DNA of 63,941 nucleotides, the filler included, from Choristocarpus tenellus KU-1152 (Eukaryota; Protista; Phaeophyceae), in assembly GCA_964200185.2 (NCBI GenBank). It is 13 parts of 13 records of this genome, joined end to end, with 100 filler letters (N's around TTAATTAATTAA, not from the genome) between each part and the next. Parts side by side here need not be neighbours in the genome. Positions count along the whole stretch, not along the records: positions 25,483 to 36,124 come from CAXNAD020002808.1; positions 36,225 to 38,762 come from CAXNAD020026950.1; positions 38,863 to 41,953 come from CAXNAD020022381.1; 10 more parts are not named here. One strand, written 5' to 3'. Position numbers and translations under genes: made by a program. Position 1 is the first letter of the stretch. Each line of letters opens with the position of its first letter. The notes beneath the pieces are model-generated. The model worked only from the letters and a program-made list of their open reading frames with translations. It was not told the origin of the DNA and did no database searches. This document shows, one piece after another, positions 25,621-39,478 of this stretch.

Positions 25621-26900
25621 CTACGTTTCGTGTGTTTTCAAGCTCACCAGACAACTGCCTCTTCCTGTGTGCTCCACACTGAAGTCATTCCCCTCTTTGT
25701 ATCTAAGCACTTGACTGTACACCACAAAAAGGAGCTGCCAAGTCCTCTCAAGTGTGGTTTCACCATACTCCTCATACTGTTTCATAATGACCTTTACCAT
25801 TCCTCGATGGACCCCAAACCGCCCCCCATCACCCGACATTTCAAAGATCTGAAGAAGCACAGGTTCGCGATATTGAAGTCGGGGGAGTTAAATGGCTGCA
25901 TCACAAGCCTAATCGACCACCCCTCAGTCTTCCCTGCCCCTGACAAGATTTCTGAGTTGCCACGCCTGTGTGGAGGGTGGCATCGTGTTGCTGAACAACA
26001 ACGTGCTTCCCCTGCAACCAAGACATCTTGGTCTTGATTGCAGGCAGTAACTCCTCCTTGTACCACTTCCTGTACCACAAATGGACCAGTCTAAAGTACA
26101 GCCCTGTTCATACACATCCCCCTTTTTATGGTTCTTGCTTGTTTTGCCTGCCGTTTTTGGCGTACACACACGCCAATACCAAGCTTTCCATCAAAGCTGT
26201 GAGCCGAATCTGGGCGGGCGTTGGCTGCAATTATCATGATTTTGGGGATATGACTCTTGTGCTGGACAGTAGGGGGCCTTGGAAGGTCGCCATCATCCTC
26301 ATGCGGAAATATCCTAACCCTTTTCCGATCAGCCACCACATAATACCAGGGTTCATCCACATGGATCGTGTTTGCCATGGAGGCATACACACCACGTTTC
26401 CGGTCTACTTGATCGCAAACAAAGTCCATTCTCCATACCTTTTGCCATGATTTAAGCTTGGGTTTGACCCACCGGCGATTTGGCATGGCCTCCATATCAT
26501 CCAACCACCTGCATATGGTACCCATGCTATAATTCAGCCCCTTGGCGTCCATCTCCATTGTCACCTGATGCACTGTGGATGACCAATTATCGGAGTTGAT
26601 GCTATGTATTGCGGCCATCTTGGTCGGTGTGAGCTCCAAAGGTCGCCCAATACGCGTCGTCACCCCTAGGTCAAGCGTGTGGCCACGGGTGAGCTGATCG
26701 GCAACGTCCTCCCAAAGCCCTCCCATGCAACGCCCGGATACTCCAAACTACGCTGCGAGGGCCGGTCCAACATGTCGCAGCAGTTTATGCTCACGAGGGA
26801 CCATCACGAGGGCGTGCCACACTGCAAGCGCAACCCTGGTATTTAGGGACACTTGGGCACCCTTCCTTCGTGGGGGTGTCGACGGGGGGATTGCCGTGCC
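25621..26900 (-). mobile_element. Tc1/mariner (plant-type DD39D-like) transposase pseudogene
   Basis: RRWVKPKL...RMDFV...TIHVDEPWYY...VQHKSHIPKIMIIAANARP...FDGKLGI, then after frameshifts QPFNSPDFNIANLCFFRSL, corresponding to IHIDEKWF, KVMFL.AVARP, FDGKIG and QPPNSPDLN.LDLGFF. Confidence 0.88.
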
Positions 26901-28223
26901 GACGTTCTGACCCTCGGTGTGCCCAATAGTATATTTATTATACTACAAACACAAGTATATATATATTATTATGCCCTCTGACATTTTGGAGATGTGTTAG
27001 GGGAGAACTAATGAAGTGTATTGGAAGGCCAATATTGTTAGCAGTACAGACTTTTGCTATATTTATTGTACCTTTTCTTTATATGTTCGTTCCTATCCCC
27101 CTAATGATAAATCATTGCAAAATGTCAAGAGTAGGCACATAGAATTAGTCATAATAACATCAAAACCACAACAATATTGCTATTTTTGTTTCTGTCGTTC
27201 ACTTCCACATAGGAGCATTAACATTATTATTATCGTATTGATATATATAATATATATATGCATGCATATGCATGCATAGTGGTAGTACAGCAGTCGTAGC
27301 AATTATGACGTGTATGACTTGGTAGGATTCATCCAGTTGACCTCACCATAATAATTGCCAGTTATTCTTGACGAAGTTCTTCGAATTTTATTTTCTGAAT
27401 TCATTTACAACCTGTTCTATACTCTTGTAGAGCATCTTAGATTGCGTACATCTTTCCCTACTACAACTAAAAGTAACTGGGAACACAGGGCATGGAGAGG
27501 GAGATGGACGGAGGTAATGCACCAAAACACTCAGTTGCACACATTTTTTTTTTGGCTGATTAGAATACTCCCAGACAAAAACACATTCTCCTTTGCAAGG
27601 TACTCAAAAAAGCAACCCAAGGGATGTACACACACACAGCAACATGCCAGCAAGAGCCTTACCACTAAGCTCCTCACCAGCAACACAATCCTCCTGAACA
27701 AAATATAATACCCATCTTGTTCCACATCAGAGAGTCAAATGTTCTTCGAATTTCAAAATTTTGTAGTATTGATCGGGTCTTCAAAAAAAGCTGAGTGTGC
27801 TTTTAAAAGACACTATGCTACTGTGAAGTACTGTTTTGTTTTGCAGGGGATCCATATGCCTGTATTGAACCTAGCTACCTATCTTGAGATTTATTTATGT
27901 AAAAAGGAACATTACATTTCACCCGCAACTTTGTGTTAGCCTACTACTCTGCTGTCTGGTCGACAGGGTCCATGCTGAGCATCGACACATGCCAGTAACA
28001 ATTAGAACAAGGCCAATTGTCCTGCTGACTACATTTCTTGACCCTACCCTTGTCGCAGATAAGCACTTGCTTAATTGGGCTACTCCATACAGAACAGCCT
28101 ATTTTGTGTTGGAGTCATAATGGTACCCACACTAGAGCTGCGCAAAAGTGTAAAATGAAAAAAGGACTATCTGAAAGTAAGAACCTGATTCACACACTCT
28201 TGGTGATCCTCCCAGAGTCACTA

Positions 28224-28480
28224 GAGGGAAGGTATCTTAGAGGGTACAGGTTTGGCCCTGTTTGTCTGTTTGAGGCCTGGCTTTGCATGGGTTCTTTAAT
28301 GATATTTTCCTCTCAGAAACGTTTCAAAGCAGGTAGAATGAATATATTATGAAAAGGTGTTTGTGGAACAAGGATAATGACACTTCCAAACAAATATGAT
28401 AGTCAAAATTACATCAAAACTGCATCATTGGATTTTGGGCCCCAATGGATACAGCTCTACCCTCTAAGATAAATCGACTC
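28224..28480 (-). mobile_element. MITE family A copy
   Basis: GAGGGAAGGTATCTTAGAGGGTA ... TACCCTCTAAGATAAATCGACTC; CTA on both flanks. Confidence 0.85.
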
Positions 28481-29177
28481 CTAAAGTGTATCCACAACAA
28501 TAAGTTCAAATTGGATGACAAGACATTGGATACTTGACAAGCTAGCTTATTCACAATATTATAAAATACGAAGCACAAAACATATATCTAGTATACTCAA
28601 AATCAACTTGTCTACCAGCAGAAGGCCAGATGCTATGGATCCACCGGGGAAAAACTGCTACAAATAATAATAGTGGACATATTAAATACTTCAGAAGTGA
28701 CCTAATGATCAGGAAAAAGGCAACTTACCAGAAGCACTTACTACGAAGGACTTCACACTAGTACGATTACATCTAGCAGCAAGCAAAAACAAAGATGTAA
28801 TATGGTCAGACAAAAATAATGACCGATTGTATCAAACACGTAACATATCAGAAACAGATACTATGCAGGACTCGACACAAGTAGAATTACGTCTAGCAGC
28901 AAGCAAGAATGAATGAAGATTTCCTAGCCAATATGTGTTAAAAGTCAAAATGTTTTAAAAGAAAAAACTGTGAATCGATTGTACAAGTCAGAAGTGATCT
29001 CCTCCACGGCCTGTGAGTCAATTTTACTCCTTCGTCCTTAGTGCAAAGAGTTAGGTTCCGAATTCATTTACTGCTCATGGGTTCTCCTGAAATAGTGCTC
29101 TACGGCACAGTAAAGCAAAGACAGGCAGCAGTTACATGTCTAGGATCTAGCTCCTGACATAAGTGCTAGACAACTAT

Positions 29178-32100
29178 TTACCATTCCCCAAACCACTCTC
29201 TGCGGTAGGCCATTCCAAGACTCTTGGTTGCTGTTCGGAGGTTTGCATCCACCTGAAAATGATAGTGTCGGTATGATGTTGTGGAAAGAGGATTTATCAA
29301 CATCAGGTAGGGATCATACACCCTCATTAGGTGGATGGTGGAAAGCCCTTGCATGGTCATTTGGGTTCCCATATGACTCCAACATCAGCAGAGGGAGAGC
29401 AAGCTTCACTTGAGACATCAAGCAGAATATATAAAAAAAATATAAAGATTATTTTGTCGTACACCAACCTACCTGATACTAGCAATGTATCAAGAGAATG
29501 AGACTCCTGTTTCTCACAGTTTAAAGGATTTCGTTTTCCTAATATATAACAAACTTTGAAGTACAGCTCCTGAAAGAGGTGAGTGAACTACGACATGTGA
29601 TCCCTCTTCACTTTCCACTGGATTGCCTGCAAGATGCTGGATCGTTGAATTTCAAGGGAACACTGGATCCAATAACATAGCAACATGCTTGCACACACAA
29701 ATTATAACCTATGAAGGTATGACTATACAACCACATTCTTATGCTCACATTCATGTTTGCTCCACAATATAGAGTCACCCATGGCAAGTGGGAGTTAATT
29801 GGGAGCCCAAAATTGTCAACCGGTACATTGCTGTTGAAGGTGGTATCCAAGAGGGCCTTATCGGGAGCCTGCAATAGATGAGATCTTGTTAGATGTACGC
29901 ATCTTCTGAGCATCTTTGAATAAACTCTCTCAAGTGGCAAGAATGCAACTGTACACTTGTGCTCATACAGCTCGGAACCTATGAAGTGAAAATTGCCACA
30001 TGGTACACTCTACAGGTAGCGCAGAGACAACAGTGAAGAGGCTCTCCTCGACACCCTCTAAACCTATCACTTCGCGCTTCTGCTTGTAGCCATGAAGCTT
30101 GAATGAAATTGGCTCCAAGAAAATCCAAAACAGCTAGGCGTATTTGAGTGATGAAGAATTTATAAGAAGATGGATGAATACTGAAAAAAGAGCGCGTGAG
30201 GTATGGACTGTACACAGTTCTATTCTGCAGAAGATATGTTAATTCCACACAAGCTACAACCATAGATCTAACCAGGATTCCAATATCAACATCTCATAGA
30301 GTATGATACATATTGCACAGAACAGATTGATTGTAGGCCCAAAGTATCTAGGGGGGGTGGCGGTTGTCCATTTGGGATCATTCTTTTCATGTTGCGATTA
30401 TTGTTTGATTTGGTTGCATATGTCGGATGGATAATGTAAATGTACGTTTCCTGACTTTGGTCCCAATGGACACCCTGGTGTAGACCCCCTCCCCCCCCCC
30501 AGATACCTTGGGTCGTACCTGAAGGACCCGAACACTCTGGGAGAAAGCTGAACCGCTGGATACACTGGCAGTGGAGGTTTGTGATGGAGGTCTTCTGTGT
30601 TTTTTTCCCAATGGAGGAGCTGGTCGATCACTTTCCTCATCAAAAAATGGACAAAATTCCTTCACAAATTCGTGGAGAGCAGCGTAGGAGGGGCCGAGCC
30701 AAGAGAATCATGAACCTCTATGAACAACAATTCATGCAAGATAGTAGCACTGGTAGGTCATTCTAACAGTTAAATAATGTAAAACACAATTCAGCAACAT
30801 GGTATCTACCATCAATGCAACGACAGACATCCAACATCGAAAATCCTTTAATTGAGTCAAAATGTCATTATTTTGCCTAGTTTGACATCGATATTTTTAT
30901 GCATTGGACAGTTACCTCCTTGTTTGAGCGGTGACTGCTTCCCTCTGAAGGTGTTCTCGGTGAGGCTGGCAACCCTGCTGTTGCTGTATCCCTCAAGAAC
31001 GTATCAATGTCTGGCCTTCCCTCCTTCAGGATGACCTAATAGTGTGATTACGTAAGAGTTAGGAACGATATCACCTTCTAGTAAGAAAATGAATCTAGAG
31101 TGCAGAGTTATAATTTGACTATTCCAGAGTAGTTTTCTACACCACGTTCCTGGAGGAGGCGATTAAAGTAGTATCAAGAAAAGGTGGTTCCACTACTTAC
31201 TGCCACATCTATATGTGGGATACACACTCATCACACTCATCATTCAATCATTCATCTAATATCAACATGATCAGCTTGGTTCTCTCCGTGCCAGGTGGCC
31301 ATAAACTCACCTTCCCCTTATGGGCAAGGCTGCCTTTCCAAACTTTGCGGATCGCTGCCCTGGTTGAGATGAGTTCCTTGAGGTATCCTACCACCTGCTT
31401 GTCCTGTTTCCCTGTCAGGTGCACGGTGCTGTAGACCCGTTTTAGCTGCTCCTCATAGAGAGCGACCATGCTAGGCTCACGGACAACCCACAGGAGATGA
31501 ATCGCCTTCTTGGTTGAATAGCGTTCAATCACGCTAATGACAAGGATCAGGACAAAGGTTTGAAGAGATGGAAGTGGTCAGCATTCATGCAGGAAATTCA
31601 TTGTGCCTCGTCTACTTCAAATGGCTGTGTTGCTTCTGGATATGTTACCTGCTGCAGTACATGTTAAGTAGGAAATCATCTGTGTAATCTCATTTATAGG
31701 CCAGCCTCCACTGCTTATGTAAGAGTGTTTCCAAGTAGTCTCAATTAACATAAAACTATAGGTTAGAAGCATAGAAAAAAAACACATTAGAGAACGAGTC
31801 ATCGTCTTACCTGATGCATGGGGTGATGCCAACACCAGTAGCCACAAGAATCACTGTCATAATAAGATAGGAAAGCGGGTAGTGAAGCTCGAGGGTAAGA
31901 TAAAAAAACATCAGAAGGTAGAACTAAAACAGTAATCTGCGTTTATATTTACAGGACATCCTAGTCCACATAATATCAAGCCACTACCCTAGGCACCATT
32001 CGACCCACACATCTCTGATTGAACCTGGTTTCATGCAGCTTCAAATTGACCCTGATGGGACAATATTTTGCAATTTTGACTTGTCTATCTCGGGAAGAGG

Positions 32101-34396
32101 CTGTCAATAATAACAGCAGAACCATGCATTGTATAGGTTTTGAAATCTCCAGGCACTCACCATTGTCAAAATCCAGAGCATGTTCCATACAACTAGGCAT
32201 GGCATTAGATATCCAAAGGGGCATACGGGTGTTCTGGACAGCTAGCCTGAAGAGCTCCTTTGTCCAATTACCCACAGCAGCCACATATAGAGCACCAGTT
32301 TCGTGTTCAGCACCTGCGCCCCATGAGCTTCTGATACTTATCGACTCTATATCTCTTCTGGCAGGGATGAGACTGAATGCATGCCACTTTGAGCGTATGT
32401 TTTAGGTTCATGAGAAGCAAGAATAATTTGTAGGACAGAGAAATCAGTCAGGTTGACACCTATACAAATAAGTGCAAACAATAGTTCGACAGTGGGCACT
32501 AAATGTTCTTCCTATCTTGAAGTAGAATATTGAAAAGGAAGCGATGGAGCATGCCAAAAAACCAAAAACAGGGTTATTAAGTTAGCCACATTTATTTGAC
32601 CCAGTCATCGAGCAAGTCCCAAGACAAGTACACATAGGGCATTGACTTGCTCCTATTATCATGACACAGAACTTGCCATATCACTCTAAGCGACAACATC
32701 AGTTAGCTAGTCGAGTTTAGTATTTGATGTATCTCATAGTTGAGAATCATGCCACCCTTGCAATATGTTTTAGATATTGTTCATCCTCCTCACGAGGATG
32801 TATGGAATATAGTGCTGAGAACTCGTACCTCGCTGGGGCTGATGGCCGGGCACATCACATACACATATGAACCAGCCTTGAAGGTGTACCCCTTGGGGAG
32901 CTTGACCATTATAGAAGTGCCCCCACCTATAGCCTCATAGTTGGGGCTCTCAACAAGATGAGTTCCCTTAAGGTGGAAATACGCCATATCACCAACCAAG
33001 ATGGCTATGAGTATAGCCATCAGTATTGCTAGTAGAACGGTGTGGAAGCACATTGCAGCCATAGCCGGTAGAGTCAAATAGTGAAGGGCCTTACGCACTT
33101 CGTAGTACAGCTGCAGAAAAAACATTATTGCGCGTACGGAAGGAAGGTCAAAAGGGGATCATTAGGGTTCAGTTAATGCGATTTCTTATCGTAATTGCAA
33201 GAAATACGCTGGTCTCGCCAAGGGTCTGAGTGATAGATTGCAGCTACAAAAGTAACAGCATTCGGTACGAGACCTGCGCGACTTCAACCACTAAAGTTTA
33301 GGTAGCTAGACCACTGTGTGAGGATCGTTTGTCACTGGGATATATTATTACAAGAAGTTCATTATCGCTGCTTGGGAGAAGGTACCTCACCTTTTTCTTG
33401 ATGAACGGCGAAGACATCGGTAGTACAGAAACTACGAACAAAATAAACGCGAAGAGTCCAGATCGTGAAGTTGTATTATCCACAGATGCGATCGCCGCAT
33501 CCTGGACAATGAATCGCACGATGTGCGTCACACTGTGTATTACACTTGACCAGATAAATACATTTCCATAAAAGGTATGGAGATCGTGGGTAGGCTCGAA
33601 GTCCACAACAGTGCCGACGCTGGAGTGCTGGACCCAAGCCCGAGAGTTGTTGGCTTTACTGAGAGCGGTGATGATCGTAGATGGCACGATGAGTCCCCCC
33701 TTTAGATCATCCAGACAAAATTAAGTTAGGACGGAAATTTGCAGGTGAGTAATCTGTGTCTGTAGTCAGGACTCTCTCCCGAAATATGGAGTCATGTGGC
33801 AAGAATCTTAGCTACCTCACGCACACCATAAATATAAATAGCCATTGCCTTGGTTGGAGCATCAAACACTAGGTCAATTGCAGGGGAAAGGAGACCATCT
33901 GCGTCCCTTACCAATGACTACTGAATACTAGACAGTGAAACAAGATAGACACAACCTCATCATTTGGTGTTTTGCTATGTGGTAGGCTGTATTCTTACCG
34001 TAAACCGAGAGATGGTGAGGATGATCATATTAAAGGTGGTTTTAGCGCAAATTAGCCTGGACGGACAAATTTGTCTCTCTCCTATTTCAAAGCTCGATAT
34101 CCACATCATGGAAGTGAAGTACACGGCATACCCCAAGGTGATCAACCCAAGACTCGTGCGAAAGCTGCACCACTTGTACACGCTCGATTTATAGGGGCTG
34201 AAAAGGGAGTCGAGCTTTGGAGGGTCTTCGAAAGTAAAGGACATCCTTTCCGATGTCTGGTTATGGCGGTAGTTCTTGGCTTGCTGGAACCGATCTTTCC
34301 CTTTTCCTAGCAAGGTGGGTGTACTCAACGGTGTAGGCGATGGGGTGTGGAAAAAGTGCGTTGTACAAGGTTGTTACCTGACGAACATTCGTTCAT
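29178..34396 (-). CDS. Ferric reductase / NADPH oxidase (FRE/NOX) family membrane flavocytochrome, apparently complete, about 12 exons
   Basis: Heme-ligand His pairs (HDLHTF...IHSVTHIVR; RKALHYL...CFH), FAD motif GSYVYVMCPAISPSE|WHAFS, GNWTKEL, NADPH motif ILVATGVGITP, HLLWVVRE, GRPD, W.TLYCG and C-terminal REWFGEW*. Putative ATG at 34396. Some internal exon borders are unresolved. Confidence 0.88.
30336..30514 (+). mobile_element. MITE family B, complete copy (~180 bp) in a ferric reductase intron
   Basis: TIR GGCCCAAAGTATCTA(G)n ... (C)nAGATACCTTGGGTC with inner inverted GTCCATTTGGG/CCCAATGGAC; GTA on both flanks. Confidence 0.85.
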
Positions 34397-34965
34397 AGAA
34401 AATAGTGGTTGAACGCTCAAGTCACGAATCGGGGGATGATACAAGTGAGAGACCGTTGAGAACAGTATGGAATAGATTTTCACCCAAAACCTAACCGTGA
34501 ATAAAATGTTTCAACTATTCTATAAAATGTTTTTTTGTTAATCAAAACATATGTTCCAAATATTTTAAAAAATCTTAGCATGCAAGAGCACAAAACGTGA
34601 CTTTCACTGATTTACAAATATACTACTAGAAACATCATGAAAAAATAGGATATATATATATTCTTAAACACTGTTGGGAAGAAGTTAGCCTTGTGAATAG
34701 TTGAATATGAAAAAAATATATAATACCCCCAAATTTACTATACAAATATATTTCTTCCCATCCTTTCATTTCGTAGATTGTGCCGTCTGGAAAATACGTA
34801 AGATTATTTTCTGTGTGATGAAAGTGGGTGATGTATATGAAATTTTCGTGTATCAAAATAGGTGATGTATGAAATTGTCCAATAAAGATGAAATAATAAT
34901 ACGAAACGCCACCCATCCTTGAAAATACATCTTATGTTTCTTCCAACTGTGAATCGTGTGATTCT

Positions 34966-36124
34966 GTGGCGGTGTGGTTCACTCAGGCAAGGGCGGTGAA
35001 GAGAATCATCGGGCAAGACGGACCAGACGAACATAGACGAACCGTAACCGAGGTTTTAAGGTTGGACAAGTGCAAATTGAGGAGTGATGAGCATCGCCGT
35101 TCAGCCTTCATCCAGGCCCTCCCAGAGACCCTACCAGGCCTCCTATCTTATGTTTCCAAGGTGTATGGGAATACAAGGAACCTTCTTTTTCCCCTAGATG
35201 AGGGAGGGACGAAAATTCTACCATCGAGATCTGGGGTCCGACAGGGAGACCCACTCGGCCCCCTCTCATATTGCATGGCAACACACAAGGCCTTGCAACA
35301 GGGGCAATCAGTCTTCGGACCCCAAGGGGTTTCCTCCCGGAGCTCTCTGGATGACACGTCCATTTCGGCGAGGGGGATCAACCCTATTACCATAGCTGCT
35401 TTCGAGCAGTAAAAAACTGATCTCCAGGAGGTAGGCATCAACCTAAACATGGACAAGACATTTGCCGCACCTCCCCAGGGCCACCAACCCACGCCCTCGG
35501 AACTAGAACTCCTTTCCACAGCAGGAATCAACCTAGCCCCGAACCCCAGGGGTTTTGTCACTCTAGGGGCTCCAGTAGGAACAGATTACTTCATTCGAGC
35601 TCACATGGCGGAGGTGATAGCGAGCTCTGGGACATGAGCTTTAGCTACAGACCTCTAAGCAAGATGGAGGACAAGCTGGTGACCTGGCTCCTCAAATCCT
35701 GGTCCCTCTCCTCCCGGCTAGGCTATCTTGTGAGGGTCACTCCCCCCCTCCTGGCACGCTCCACCATGGAGCAAGCAGACAATACCTCCCTGTGGACACT
35801 AGAGAGGATAATGAATGGAGATAGCCGATACGACAGAGGTGTCGAATAACCTAGTGTTATCCTTACGTTATCTGTGCTGATCCAAGTAAACAACATAGCT
35901 TATATGTACGTTGATCTTTAGTTTAGTACAATACAAGGTAGAAATTTTATTATTATGCCCTCTGACATTTTGCAGATGTGTCAGGGGGGAAACCAATGAA
36001 AACAATAGACAAAGGTCTCCTCCTGGACATCACCTTCGCAGAGGTACAGGCCACCTCCCACCTCACCCATTCACCCGCCAGCAATGGTGTAGCTGCAGCT
36101 GCAGCCGAGGCGCGAAAGCGCACC
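34966..36124 (+). mobile_element. Degenerate non-LTR retrotransposon (CRE/NeSL-like RT plus restriction-like endonuclease region)
   Basis: SRSGVRQGDPLGPLSYCMA, SLDD, GINLNMDK, LGAPVGTDYF and a C-terminal LLDITFA...AAAAAEARKR. Contains stops and an internal insertion/deletion. Confidence 0.8.
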
Positions 36125-39100
36125 NNNNNNNNNNNNNNNNNNNNNNNNNNNNNNNNNNNNNNNNNNNNTTAATTAATTAANNNNNNNNNNNNNNNNNNNN
36201 NNNNNNNNNNNNNNNNNNNNNNNNATAAATGCCCCTTTTCTTTTTTTTCCCCCAAATGGCCCCCCGGGGGTGCCCCCCCCCCCCCCCCCCCCCAGATACT
36301 TTGGGTCTGAAGTAATCTCTACCATGTACTGCGTGTGGGATAATCTTTACATGTTGATCTTGCAGCTGTGCACACAGCTACAAGGTGAGAGATCCCCCAC
36401 TCTTTTGTTCATGTTCACTCATATGCTACAATGTGTTACACTTTGAATAAGTGTGTATGGAGGAGTGCTGGTTTTCAAGAATATGGGGAGGTATACAAAT
36501 GCATTCACAGGAGGATCGGAATAAAAAAAGCGATGCATTTTGCACATTGTATTCACAGGGGTGAAATACTCATACAGAGGACTTTTCTACCACCCTGCTA
36601 ATGAAGCATGCATTATGCAACACTTTGAGAGTAGACACTAATTCTTAGGCAGTGACCACATAGTTGAACCAATTCCGTCTTGAAGATATTTTCCAATCTG
36701 CCACCCTACCACTCTTTCCCCCATATCTGCCATTTGTACCCATAGGAGGCACGTCTGTTTGAGGCAGCACAGGCAGACTCTCTTCATCACTTTGAACGCC
36801 AAGTTTTTCTCAAAAGTCGTATTTTTGACTTTGAGGATGAAGGAGCTTCGCCTGTCTTATGGTGGGTCAAAGCTATTTCCTGGGTCCTCATCATAGGTTA
36901 TGTGGGGGGCTTGGCTTTCTATATCTTCCTCTTTGGCGTACGCAATGGCGAGATGACTGTCCTTACCTGGATGGCGGCATTTTGGTTGGCGTTCATTGAG
37001 GTGAAAGACGGAGACCCTCTACAAACACCATGTATGAGTTCTTGTACATGTGTGCAAGGGCTGTATGCAAGGATGTTGGTCTTACACCCTTTCATGTGTT
37101 GTTTCTGGCTGTCTTTTATCCCCACTAACCTCTGTCATCTTTGCAGAAAAGTAGCCTTTCTTGATGCTACATAAAAATTCTAAGTGAGAATGGTGTAGGA
37201 TGATAATCAAGCCAACGCGCAAGCTTTGCTCAATTAGTTAAGAGAGCGCTCGATGTCACTGTTTCAATTTGAATGCCTGGATGCTCTGCCAATGTCCAAC
37301 ATGCTTCGAAGTATAGCATTAAGACATTTTGTTGGTTTATAATCTTTTCTGATGCAAGGGGTTTAGACCTCTAGGATGCAGCGATAAGAATAGTCAATCT
37401 TAGACACTGCTCAGTACAGCACGTTCTCTTCCTCCCTCTCATATGGCTTGTTTTTGGTCTCAATCAAGTTAAATCAAAGTTCCCGCTCTGAAGCTCTTTT
37501 GATCACATTTCTGTTATTTACAGGAGTTCACCATCCTCATTCCCTTGAAGTTATCGATCATATACCTGTTCATCCCCAGCCTGATGCGATATCGCATGCA
37601 GCCAAGCATGTTCTGCCGCATCCCAAGGCATGCCCCCAGCATACAAGTTGCACGCCGCCGACCAGACTTGCAGGTATGCTATATACAAGCAGCTGTGTCA
37701 TGAGAATTAGTTTGGCCTTGCAGCTCAACAAGAAGCAAATTATTTTCTCATTTTAAGTGATGCCTTCTCAAGGAACTCAATGCTCTATGGGGCAATAAAT
37801 GCACTTGATACCAGCGCAAAAGTTCACCATGATGACATTGCCTGCGAACGATTCAGATGCTTCCACCAGGGTGGATACAAGACAGTTTCTGCTGTTGATG
37901 GGAAATTTTGCAAATCCAAGCAATGTCTTGCTTTGCCTCCCACAGAGAAGTAAGATCACCAGCAGCACACTGTCCTCCCCTCTCTGCTCCCACAAACGTA
38001 ACTTCTCTGGCTTTATGCTCCATCAGGCGTCAAACATCATCCTACAAGGTCGTATGCCAGAGGGCAGCAAGTATGAGGATTTTATTCCTCTGTACAGGAA
38101 CAGCAATCGCTGGTTAGCCTGTTTCATGTCACTAATCTTCATCCCCCTAGCACTCGTGACTGCTCTTCCTGATACTATCCAAGACTTGGTGAGTTGACCT
38201 GGCACTCAACATGAATGTGCTACAAAATACTGTGTGTTGGCAGGAGGGTTGATGGCCGAGTAGCTGTGGCAGAGTATTTGATGAGAACTCCGAAAGACCT
38301 CACCCCTCTGGCAAGAGTTAGGGGAATCTCGTTGTATAGACAAATTCCACAGAGAGTGATGGCCAGGAACTGAAACGCCATGACTTGCCCAACATAATGT
38401 CCAACATCACACAGAGTAGTGAGGTTGTGACATAAAAAAGAGCAGATCTGCACAGACAACAGACTCTGTAGTGGACTTCCAGTAGAAATCTTTTGCTATA
38501 GATACCACACAATGTTTATGCTCTCTACTGACTGTAGAGCTCTACCTACAGCCCACCTATTCTTTTTGTCGTTTTTGGTGTAGGTATCCTAGAGAAGGGT
38601 ATGGTTGAATGATAGGGATCTGTGAGAGAGAGATTTTTTTCCATCTTTTTAATCACTTCCTACTCTGGAGTACACCCCCCCCCCCTCCCCCCCACGAGGA
38701 TCACACCCCCTCCCCCCGGACCGCCCCACTTCCCCACCCCACCACAGCCCACAACCACCTCANNNNNNNNNNNNNNNNNNNNNNNNNNNNNNNNNNNNNN
38801 NNNNNNTTAATTAATTAANNNNNNNNNNNNNNNNNNNNNNNNNNNNNNNNNNNNNNNNNNNNGTTAGTTTTCCCCAACTATAGCCAACAGAGCCCCGCTT
38901 GGTTTGCCCCCCCCCCCCCCCCCCCCCAGATACTTCTCTTCTAGTTATTCCTATTTCACTATGAACGGATTCAAGCAAGGTCGATGTGACAAAGACCAAG
39001 CTGTACAATATGCCGCGAGGGAACAGCCAATCAAACGAATGCATACCGCACTGACTCTTCTTATACTGTCGAAAGTAGTGCTATAGCTTTAATATTCACC

Positions 39101-39478
39101 TATTTAGACATTCCAATGAGGAGTATTCTTTGAAAAAAGGGTTATGGTATCATCGAATTGCTGCAGCAGTGTTACCAATGAGATATTGCTAGCATCGGAG
39201 TTAGGGCTATGTCATCCAACCTCCCATTCACCGATAAATGGGAAGAGGATTCGAAGTGGAGTGGGGTTAGCAATAGCAGGAAGGTGTTTGGCACATTAGC
39301 AACGACAAATGCCAATCAAATAACAAACATTCAGTATTTCAGGATATAATTTTTTGTAACAACAATGGTCCAAGATCAAATAGCCTTGATAGTCAGGGAC
39401 AAAGTTACTAGGGTTAGGGTTAGGGTTAGTGACAAAAATATTTTTATTGATAAAAGAAAAGTTCGAATAGCTTTTCAC

